A DNA stretch of 62,155 nt, the filler included, from Bipalium vagum (lineage: Eukaryota): assembly GCA_037834085.1 (NCBI GenBank). It is 3 parts of 3 records of this genome, joined end to end, with 100 filler letters (N's around TTAATTAATTAA, not from the genome) between each part and the next. Parts side by side here need not be neighbours in the genome. Positions count along the whole stretch, not along the records: positions 1 to 16,125 come from JBBMKC010125841.1; positions 16,226 to 41,340 come from JBBMKC010196942.1; 1 more part is not named here. One strand, given 5' to 3'. Position numbers and translations under genes: made by a program. This document shows positions 10,801 through 21,300 of this stretch, piece after piece (positions within the stretch are counted from its first letter, which is position 1; every line of letters begins with the position of its first letter). The notes under the pieces were generated by a model. The model was not told the DNA's origin, searched no databases, and saw only the letters and a program-made list of their open reading frames with translations.

Positions 10801-13632
10801 ATCAACAATTATCGGAGATTTTGTCTTTTCTGTATTTGCTGCTATTGGTTTGTTTTTCATGTTATTGTCAAAATCTCCCTTTGTTTTCCTTTCAGTCACT
10901 TTTTCTGTCAACTTTTCTTTGCTTTCTGCAATTAATGGGTTTTTGAAATCTTTAATTCCTTTAGTTCTTTCATCGTTCCGATTTGTTGTTATTGGTTTAT
11001 TTACATACAAGATTTTAGTGCTTTCTGCAATAGGTTTGTTACAAGCAAAATCATTTTGCAGAATAGTTTTTTCTAAAAAGTTTTCTTTAGATTCCAATCG
11101 TCGATCACTTTCTGCACCAATCGACGATTTTGTTGATTCATCTGAACCTTCGTTGCCGTTGGAAGGTTCCGAAACTTCTATAATGTTAGATAAATTAGAC
11201 ATTTTAGAATCACATGTTGCCGCAAAAGATCGACTTCTACGCAATGATTTTATGGATTGAGATAAGGAACAATCCATTGCATTTGTTGCCGATTCAGATT
11301 TTTCTTTATCAATTTCATTGGAACTTTGCTTACCATCGGAAGATTGGTCATTAAAACTTGAAGATATTTCTGATGAGTGTTTGCGTGAATTCTCGTTGAG
11401 ACTTTTATCTAATTCTGACTTTATTATATTGGCTGAGTTGTTTTCCTCTTGATGACTACTGTCCAAGCTCGGCGTGGATCTTGATATCGATTTTTTCGCT
11501 TTCATTGGCAAGTTATCCGGCTTTTTGAAAATTCCGTCATTCTTGGAATTCTGCTTGCTCAAATTCATTTGTGCCAGATGGATTTCTCGAGCTTTGTCTT
11601 TGATGGCTTGGTTTATTTCGGGTAACATTTTTGGATCGATATATTTTGGGAAAATCTGATTGAGAGTTACGAGCAAAGATCGTTTGAATTCATTAAAATA
11701 ATCTGTCAACTTTTTCAACGTAAAATGAGTTAGTGGCAAAATAAAGAAAAAAGACTAACCCATTTATCTTCCAAAATTAAACTGAAAAATAAAAAAGCGA
11801 TTAAAATAATAAATTGGTTATGAATAATATAAAAAAATCTATCGGTAAAAATCTATAAAAATTCTTTTAAAAATCAGCTTCTATTCTTGTATTGTCTTAG
11901 ATAATCGTTTTAATAAAATCCATCGATATTTCAGTTTTATTATATAATTTTTATTTTCAACATTAATATTAATATAATATTAAAAAATGCATATAAAAAA
12001 AACGATAATCCGAAATTTCATTTGATTATTTTACTTTTTAATATTGATTTTTAGTACTTTTATGAATATATAACACTATATCTATCCCCTAGTTATAAAA
12101 ATTTCCAAAAATAAAATGTGAGATACACTATAGTATAGCCCGAAATCCTTAATAAGATGAATGAGAACTGGTTTAATACATAAACTTAGTCTATTAAATG
12201 TTTAATTATAATCAATCTTGGTCTTTCATAAACTAATAATTACAAGGAATTATGAAGGAATTTTAAAAAAGTCGATATTCTGACAATTATGATTTAAACA
12301 AAATCGTTAATAAAAAAGCTTATTATTTTAAATAAAAAAATATACATTGTTACTATTTTAAGTACACATACCAATTAAATTTTGAAATGTGGTAAATAGA
12401 AATTGGATAAATCCTGGTTTTTAAGTGCCTAAACTGCTTTTTTTATTTTAAAGTAGTTTGTTTTTGTTGAGAAAATAAAAACCATTAAGGGACTTTCATT
12501 AAAAATTAGTAAAAAGGTAACACTGGAACTTCTCAAGATGATCGGCATTAGATAATTAATTTTGATTGAGAAAATAATATAATTAAGTCAAAATGAAACA
12601 ATTTTATAATTACCAATTCTAAAGATGATTCAAAGTTAAAAAACAAAAAAATTAATTTTCTATTTTATCAAAAATTTTAGAGAAATGTGGGGGAAATGAA
12701 CAAGACATTTCGATCAACTTATGTTGACCAGCTTTCCTTTGATCATTTTTTACATATAAAAAATCAGATATATGTTTGAAGTAAAAATAAAGTTTAAAAA
12801 TAAAAATTGGAAGAAGACAACGTTTGGAAGTGACATTGTTTGAACCTCGTCATATTAATGTAAATAATAAATAAAAATCATGGACTTACGACAGTTCCGT
12901 TTCAAAATACCCCAGTGGTAATTTCGCTTCAGGTTTCTGAAGATCACCCTGGAACATTAATTGGATATTGAACTTAAAATTAACTTACAACTCTTTTGTT
13001 AACATCATTTAGCAAAACACCGAATGCATCCTAATAAAAAGATGTTTCAATAAATAAGATTGTTTAAGTTAAACCCTTATTGATTTCATTTTATTTCTAT
13101 AAATTGTTCGGCAGGACACCGAGGAAGCCTAAAATTAAATCAATATTGGAATGCCTTAGAAAAATCTTACGTCAATGGCTTTTTTCGTGGACAGAAATTG
13201 ATCTGCAATCAAAAGCTGAAATTAAAGATAATCATCTAAAGTTCCCGTGACCAATACTAACTTTAAAATTCTTAATATTGCTTTCGTACTGAAGATGAAA
13301 ATTAAACTTATATAAAATATAAAAATCTCACATTTTCAATAATTTTAGTATATCTCATATTTTCAATAACCAAATCCTAAATCAAAGATTAAGCAATAAA
13401 AAATGAAAATTTATTTAACAGTTTTTCTTTCTTCTGGAGTCAGGAGTTTTATATATGCTTTACAATAATTCCTAAATTCTGAGTGTGTTTCTTATTTTTA
13501 ATTAAATATTTTAAAGATCAGTTTAAATAAAATACTTAATTCACAATAATGTAACCTAAACCATTTTAGAAATTCGTCATTTTTTGATAAACAATCTTTT
13601 AAGGCATTGTCAATTTCATTGTTGGAAGACAT
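1822..13632 (-). CDS. bub1: Bub1/BubR1-family mitotic checkpoint Ser/Thr kinase, 16 coding exons, ~1331 aa
   Basis: Exons (minus): 13536-13632, 13420-13490, 13332-13376, 13171-13215, 13075-13128, 12989-13030, 12890-12948, 12372-12428, 11760-11781, 9374-11709, 8440-8672, 7552-7760, 7215-7501, 7013-7157, 3721-3830, 1822-2005. All are GT-AG with matching phases, 3996 nt in total. Bub1-type motifs: SPWSESL (N-terminal kinase extension), YVVK, [54 protein letters not shown]. The small 5' exons are less certain than the kinase exons. Confidence 0.88.
2040..3250 (-). mobile_element. Highly decayed reverse transcriptase relic, probably Penelope-like, in the last Bub1 intron
   Basis: The minus strand is C-rich and G-poor. 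Frameshifted fragments resemble Penelope RT in the expected order: SKPNLQPLR, ITNGVPGGFIMGS...SLKPK, ENENNKNFHITNI, NCFHQPTIKSQ. Many stops and no intact YxDD. Confidence 0.4.
4114..4350 (-). mobile_element. mariner (DD34D) transposase fragment
   Basis: FLHRIVKGDEKWCLYVN...KKELHPKKTMICVWWNWE. Confidence 0.85.
4390..4650 (+). mobile_element. maT (DD37D-type) transposase fragment
   Basis: RSKNPSHMMVFGLVSSDGKK, frameshift, MPTELFDKGFKLNTDGYLKILQEKVLPWV...IFTQD. Confidence 0.75.
5900..6320 (-). mobile_element. mariner transposase relic
   Basis: Fragments STVHTFFKRL, FLKRTITAD, KRGELSQTISKSGIH, FFELL, NSELYCQRLEKLNE. Confidence 0.7.
8030..8215 (+). mobile_element. maT/mariner-like transposase C-terminal fragment
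   Basis: HITPGLWSAKSPDCNQLDYYV and SRFRSRVETVIDSDG-type terminus. Confidence 0.65.
9835..11090 (-). repeat. Coding repeat array in Bub1 exon 10: about 14 units with core P[IMV]AEST(K), several preceded by (D/E)KT[IV]
   Basis: 8 exact P[IMV]AEST matches plus about 6 degenerate ones (PITTN, PLIAESK, PIAANT, PISETP, PKIVESP, PIAKST) in ORF 9370-11739. Confidence 0.9.
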
Positions 13633-14256
13633 AACAAAATATTTCTGTTTTATCTAAAACAAATTTATAATTTAAAATAAACGACTTAATAAAACAAAGC
13701 TGTCCTTTTTAACAGAATTACAGTAAATAAATTATGTGAAAATAATTAAAAATGTGCTCTTTTAACATATTATTTCTAAGAATTGTATCGCAAATTTTTT
13801 TAAATTCTAATTAAAGTTTATATTAAATATATTTCCTGAAATCTAAATAAATTAAAATTTATATTCATAAATAAGATTTTTCCTATATTAATTGATTAAT
13901 ATTACCAAATAACAATGAAATCATTTTCTTAACATTAATAGTTCAGATATTAAGTGAAAATTATTTATTATAAATATCTATCTTATATATAATAATAGTT
14001 GGAATGATGACAGGATTTCAAAATAAAAAATATTCTCCACATTTTTATTTCCATTGTTTAATTGATATTATTTACTTAATTACAATACAAAATATAATAT
14101 AATATCTGAACCAACTATACCATTTACAGGTCAAATTTAAAGTTTTTATACTATGTTTGTGTAATATGATTATATATGATTAATTTAAGTACGTGGCATC
14201 GAAAAGATGTGGACCTCGTATAATAAAGAATATTCCAGAGATTTTATATGCATTAC

Positions 14257-15000
14257 AGGGTGCGTAAAAAGTCTGTTCACCTCATATAAAAATACAAATT
14301 TTAATTGAAAAGAATATTTTCAACAACGAAGTTTATTAAATACAGAAGTCTTAATATTTAATATGATATTCATTTGATTTTTTGATCAATTCTAATCTTT
14401 TGGGAATCGAGAAAAGAATTTTCTGGCATAAATTACGAGAAAGGTTGTATCATTTGATTTGGACTTCATTCCATAAATCTTCAGCAGAATTATGTTTCAT
14501 TGCTCTTAGTTGCCGTTTTAGGATACCACAGGTATTTTCTATGTTATTCAGATCAGGAGAATTACCTAGTCAAGGTAAGACATCAATATTTTTATTTTTT
14601 AGGAAAGCCTGGGTACTGTTGGCCTTATTAAGTAGAACCAAAACATGTTAAACAACGAATGCTGCTTTTGGAAATACTAAGTATTTTCTAACTGTCTATA
14701 TCATGAAGTATCTTTTTTGATATCCATCGGCATTCATATTTCCATTGATGTATGGATGGATCATGTCCAATAGCTGATTGGTTAAAGGCAGGGTTGCACT
14801 TTTCTCATGCGGCTCTTCGAATTTTCTTGAATTTTTTTCTCATTTTTATTAACATAATTTTTTCTAAATCTATTTCTAGCCACTTTCCTCTTTTAGCGAT
14901 TTCATCTTTCCAATTTTGTAAATCAATTATTATTTTATTATATTTTTATAAATAGGTCTAAAATTTTTATTATAATTTACAGCAAAAGCAAGAATTAATT
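14257..15000 (-). mobile_element. Tc1-type (DD34E) transposon relic
   Basis: SPDLNNIENTCGILKRQL...SIPKRLELIKKSNEYHIKY* on the minus strand. TIR-like TA|CAGGGTGCGTAAAAAGT at about 14255. Confidence 0.75.
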
Positions 15001-15559
15001 CATTAGGTTTATAAGTTGAAAAGATGCTTATTTAGTAAATGGTTCAAAGTCAAAATCAAACCGAAATTATTTATCTTAAATGAACGAATTTTAAATTAAA
15101 GATAATATTTAATTAATACTCATTTTAATGAATATCATCATCAATTTCTTTGGATAAGGTCTTGGGACAAATTTCCGCATTCTTTTCAGTCTTTTAGATC
15201 AGTCTTTTTTTTATAAAAAATTATGGAAAATTTTTTAAAATTTCAAATTCGGCTCAAGTACAACTTTCGGGAGGCAGAAACAAAGCTCATGAGGACAAAT
15301 CGAATTCTACTTTTTTCAAAATTTTAATATTTTTAGAATAATAATTAATATTCGTACTTTTAGTATTATTTTAAAAACATACCTTTGTTTTTCCAAATTT
15401 ATTTGTCTTATATTTCTAGATACTCTTATTATAAACTTATATACTCTTATTATAATCGACTTTATTCCTTGTTCCTGTTCTCTGCTTTATCAAGTCATTG
15501 TCTCTCACAGCAAATATTCTAGCCGTTGTGACTTGTGGCACACTTAGTTCGGTTGATGT

Positions 15560-16050
15560 ACTTCTTCCTCTCTCTAGTTTCTCTGAAAGGGTCACAAATA
15601 TCAATGTAAATCTTCTCAAACATCTCTGACATAGTGGATTTAACAGTTTTCTCTTTCACCATTTTAGTCACAGCCTTCGTTCTTTGACATTGTTTGCAGA
15701 AACTGACAATTGCCTTTACGGCCTCTTTTAGCCCCAAAATTTTGTATAATTTCTTCATGTATTGATATGTTTTCTCTGCACCTACATGGGCCAGTCAATG
15801 ATGAGTGTCGAAACATAGTTCCCATATATCCTTTCCTGTTTGTTGCTCAACTATTGACTTTGGAGATCTAGTTGCCTTGTCATGTCTCCACTGCGAATCT
15901 ATTTCCGTATTCCGTTTAAGACTCTAATGTTGGTCTTCTCTTTTTTGCATCCTCTTGTTCCAATAAGCATTGAGAACAAGTTTCACAAATAACTCTGGTC
16001 AGTACGTCTGCGTTCCAATGATTTATTCCTTTCTTATACTTTATATCCAT
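15560..16050 (-). mobile_element. Ty3/Gypsy LTR-retrotransposon pol fragment (RNase H end, integrase HHCC zinc domain, start of catalytic core)
   Basis: YKKGINHWNADVLTR, HH*LAHVGAEKTYQYMKK...CKQCQRTK, FEKIYIDICDPF. Confidence 0.85.
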
Positions 16051-16125
16051 TGTGAGGATTATTAAAAATATTAATTAATCAATTAAAAAAATCATTTGTT
16101 GTTTAAATAATACGGTTGACAGCAG

Positions 16126-16225
16126 NNNNNNNNNNNNNNNNNNNNNNNNNNNNNNNNNNNNNNNNNNNNTTAATTAATTAANNNNNNNNNNNNNNNNNNN
16201 NNNNNNNNNNNNNNNNNNNNNNNNN
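16126..16225. other. Assembly gap / contig linker (44 N + TTAATTAATTAA + 44 N)
   Basis: Fixed 100-nt spacer with stops in all six frames at 16170-16181. Confidence 0.98.
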
Positions 16226-16663
16226 AAATTACATCTTCAATATTTATTGTTTGTTCTGATTGTAAATTTTTTTCTAATCTTGTAAATAATTGATTTACTA
16301 CTCCTTTTTAACATAAAGGAAAAAAACTATGTCCTGAATAAATTAAAGGATGTAAAGGTGTCAGTTTAACATTATAATTATTATTTGAAATGGTTTCTAA
16401 AATACGATTTAAACAATTAGTAATAGTTGTTTCTGTAATATCTTTCGGAGAAATTTAAAATTGATAAGCTGTACCTAAATTTTTTTATAATAATGAGAAT
16501 TTAAATAAGTTATTTTATTACCTTCAAAACTTAAAAATCTTAGATTATAATCATTATGAAATAAATCGTCAGGTAAAGAACATTTTTCAAAAGGTAAAAC
16601 ATTTTTTATAGTTTGCCATTCATAGAGATTGATGGTAGAATTTGCAGTGTTTCGGCTTGGCAT
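16226..16663 (-). pseudogene. Intronless degenerate ORF, possibly the N-terminal region of a Polinton/Maverick-type ORF
   Basis: MPSRNTANSTINLYEW... continues through a frameshift and stops to ...NQLFTRLEKNLQSEQTINIEDV at the contig edge. A 60-bp tandem duplication (16700-16819) lies upstream. Confidence 0.3.
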
Positions 16664-18366
16664 TTTGTAAAAGAAAATTTGAGTTTTTAAGTTTTAAATT
16701 TTTTATGATGATGAAAAATATTATTTTTGTCCCCACTACAATTTTATTTATTTTTTTACTTTTTATGAAGATCAAAAATATTATTTTTGTCCCCAAAACA
16801 ATATTTTTTATTTTTAAAAATTTTTTTTTCTTAGTTTCTTTTTATACGACACAAAGTGTACTTCGTTTGTAAACACGTTTTTGACGAAGAAATGAGTATG
16901 TGTGCCAGGAGGCACGCATGCGAATGAGTGAGGAAAAATTACTTTGAAGAAATTCATATTCCCAAAATCTAGCAAATTCAAAGGGTAGCTTAAAAATTTC
17001 CTAAAAAATCCATATTAAATATATGTAAACTTGTAATAGACCATCGATTTTTAAACTAAGGAATAATGTTACAACCTAATAATTATGAATGCTTTATTAA
17101 TTATTACTATTAATATTCTTATAAAATTATATTGAAAATGAATTGTTTGTCCGATGTATCGGTATAATAATTTAAAACCCTGAATTTATTAAAATTCATT
17201 CAGTGACAAAAAAATTTTCATGATCTAAAAAATAGATTTCCAAAAATTTCATTTTAGAATTTTAATTTCTTCAGAAATTTTTTTTGAAGAATTCAAAAGT
17301 TCGTTACGATTACTTAAAATCTTATGCTATCGAATTTAATCGAATTTCAAACGTCATTTATTATAATTATTTATTTATTCTTAATGAATTAACTAAAGAA
17401 CTTCAACAGGTCCCAATATTAATTGGATGCTCCATTTATTTCAATTAAAAAACCGAACAAATGGGGAAATGAAAATATAAGTCCCATCTTTGATTGTGTA
17501 CAACATGAAAAAAAAACTAAAATTTTGTGAGTACAATAACCGATTGAAGCACATGCATTTAAATAATATAATCATGAAATTTTAGAACTTGGATTCATCA
17601 AATCACGTTGATTTGTGAAAGCTTTTACTCAACTATTCGAAGATTATAAACATTAAACATTAAGTACTTAAGAATTTCATAACTCATGAGATCAACAATT
17701 CGAGTAGGGATTTCTTTTCAAAATGAATGCAGGTTAGACATAATTCTTCAAACCAACAAAAAACATTTTTATGAATTCAGAAAAATATTTTCTGTAAATC
17801 CTTTTCAATTTCACCTGATGTTTATAAAAAATTTTTATAAAAAATATACACAAGAACAGGACAAGTTTTATAAAGGATTATTTTTAATGAAATAAATAAT
17901 AATAAATAAATTATTTATTGAGCATTACAAAAATTAAACGATTTAATTTCGTATATGAAGATTATGAAAATAATATTTATAAAGTAATAATAAAAAGGTT
18001 AAAATTAAAAATTCACATTATTAGACAGAAAACTGATATTAATAATTTATTATAAAATAAGGCTTGTTACACCATAACATAAAAATGCACATTTATTAGC
18101 TGCCACAATAAATCGAATATTTACATGAAATATCATTTATCTGAGATGAAAATACACATTTATGAGAAATTAGAAATGAATTTTTCACAAGACAAAATTT
18201 ACAGGATATATAACTCGTTCGCTCAAATATATACAGGAAATCATTGATAAACATAAGAAAAAAATAAAACCGATAGGGATTATTTCATTTTCATAAAATA
18301 TTATATCATATTTTTGACACATGACTAATGGAAAATGGTTGTGATAAACTTCGGATATAATTTGTA

Positions 18367-21300
18367 TTATACAAGGCCTCGAGGTTCGAGATATTCAGAT
18401 TCCATTTTTAGATAATTCTTAAATATAAATAAATATATATTATTTGACTATTATATATCAAGAGATATAAAATTTCATTTAATAAACCGACTCCGCCCAA
18501 TCTATGCTTAAAATGATATAATATGAAAAAGTTATTTATCACATATACTAATAATTATAAAATAACTAGTGATTATCAACTTATTAGCTTGGCAAATAAG
18601 TCAGTTCAGTCTTTCAAAATGAAATTAAAATTAGTTTAAAATTATTAAGTTTAATGTTAAATTTAAAGTTACTTTTCAGAATGATTTTGTTAAAATAATT
18701 CTAAGAGGCAAAAACTCAACCGATTTTCAGATCGGATGAATGAATTTCTTAAAATATTATGAGATGCTAAATGTAAATAGACAAAAATCACAAATTATTT
18801 ACAGCTGCTTCGAAGCATAGTCGAATGAGACTATCAATGGATAATAGACAATTACCATCCTGAAAGTAGTCTAAGAGAATTGTTCAGCAATAGGTGTGAA
18901 AGAGATAAGTTCATAACCACTATAAAAATACTGTCAAGATTGTTCAACGAAGAATAATTTGAAGTGGACTGCTAACTTGTACACCAATAGTAAAACCAAA
19001 ATTGAATGACAAAACGATCATAAGTATTAGACCATAGATGAGCATTTAGTGATTTATGAACACCCTTAGCATTTAGTGATGTGAGTTCTTTTCGGTAAAT
19101 ACCTGTAACGTACGGTATATTCGTCAACGCGTGTAATGAGAAATATCTTGGTACACGGCAGAATCAAAGTCAAAATAATGGTATGACTTGGCGTGCTTTC
19201 TCCATTAATGGTTATTCACCACTGTGCAGAGTGCAAAATGGAACATCGAATTCAGAGAGATATCAAATACTACGAAAAATGTTCTATTTTACTAACAACT
19301 GAAGAGCTGTTTCAACAGGATAATTTTCCTCCTTATTCTTTCAGATCAACAAAATGGCTTGGATATAATGCCATGGTCTACTACAAGCCGAGATATGATT
19401 TCCATTGAAAATGGATTGTGTTGAAGTCTCAAGAAAAATGATTAAATGCCAACTAACAGTGATCAGTCATTTTTGTTTTCCATCAAGATAATTTTGGAAA
19501 CTTTAATAATTTATAATCCTAGTTTTGCAAACTTTCATTTTTTTTTAATGTAATTAGAATCGGATAAATATGTTATCCTTTGTTTATTATATCAATGTGT
19601 ATCTGTATAGATTTTGTGGAGGTTTTTTGACATCGAATATGTTTTATATTCATATTTCATAACATTTTTTATTTAAATAAACAAATGATATCATTAATTA
19701 TTGTATATTATAACAATTAACAAAAATTACCATATCAGAATGGTAAATGTTTGGTTCTGGTTCCTCATTGATTGTTTGTAAAATATCATTAAATATATCA
19801 ATAATTTGATAAAAATGAGGTCGGTATTCACTGGATAAATGCCAGCACGCTTGCATTAACCTGTAAATTTCAAAATTTGCGAATTCTGGCTGAGGATTTT
19901 GTACACCTTTTTTGATAAGATCAACTACCTTTTCTGGTAGTATTGAGGAATAGGGAGAATCTCCGAGGCTAAATATTTCCCATAATAATATACCATAGGA
20001 CCATCTAAAAATTTTAAAAATTAATTTCACAAATACTTTAAAGTTTTAAGATAATATTAAATAAAAAATTATTTTATATTACGACAGATACACGATTAAA
20101 GAAATAATATCAATAATCATTATAAGAATTTAACAGTTGTGGTTGTCAGTGGTTATAATTAATATTATTATGAAAATCCTTACACATCACTTTTTGTCGT
20201 ATACTTCTTCTCCAAAAGAGCTTCAGGAGCCATCCATTTTACTGGAAGAATACCCTATAGTTTTATAAATGATCAATAAACGCCGGAAAATTTCTGAGAA
20301 ACTTTAATATATTTCATCAAGAAAATTATAAAAATATTTATCTCAGTTTGCAATTCAATATCAATCACAAAAATGATATTTTTATGATGAAATGATTTAT
20401 GATTGTTTTTCTCGAGAATTATTAGATTAATATTTGAGAAAATTCTCAAAATTAATTTATTATTGATATTGCATTTTGTGATATATATCTAAATTTTAAA
20501 TTGAGATATTTTTCATCTAATACCAGTTTTTCGGATGACCGTGATTAATATGAAAAAATATTCATAAAATGATATATTTATTTATCAAATTTCTAAAGAA
20601 TTGCGATTATCCAGATTAATTTGGTAAAGTCTGTCGGGAATTATATTTAAAAATTGATACACCATTCAAGGGAAATAAATTCTCGTCCTGATTGATGATA
20701 GTGAACCAGAGTCAAAAAATGTGAGGAGTACACATTTTTGACATTCTTATAAATTATCATGAAATAAAAATTAAATTAAACATTTTATTTTACTTATGAT
20801 TTTATGATACATCTACTGAAACCATAACTAGGTTTATTATGAAATTAATAAATTCATCTAAGAAAATTATGTTTTTTTTTAGTAAATTTATAGAAAAAAT
20901 TATCTTTACAAAAATAGATGGCATTTATGAAGTCTAATTAATTGGGCTTAAATATAGACAGACATTACGACTGTCCTCTGTCTGGGAAATCTATTTTTTT
21001 ATTTTAATCAAAAACTTTGAATTTTAGATGAAGAAATGACAGAATATCATTAGTGGCTGAGTTGAAGTCAATTTTCTATCAATCCCAACAAATATTATAT
21101 AATTTAATATTATAATTATTAATAATATATATGGGTAAAAATAAATATAAATACCTTAAAACATTCTATATATCCACACATCATTTTTCTTTAAAAATAT
21201 TTATTTTTACAATTTTTTTTTATAATTTTATGAGATGTTATTACTTTATTTAAAAAGATCCCAAAATTTCTAATTATTTATGAAATACTTTAGTTAGCAA

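Noticed and set aside
10487-11260. 257-aa plus-strand ORF with repeated VLSAIG
   Set aside because: It is the codon-aligned antisense shadow of the PIAEST repeat exon, with no independent domain or splice context.
16170-16181. TTAATTAATTAA palindrome inside N runs (also 41385-41396)
   Set aside because: Artificial six-frame-stop contig linker, not biological sequence.
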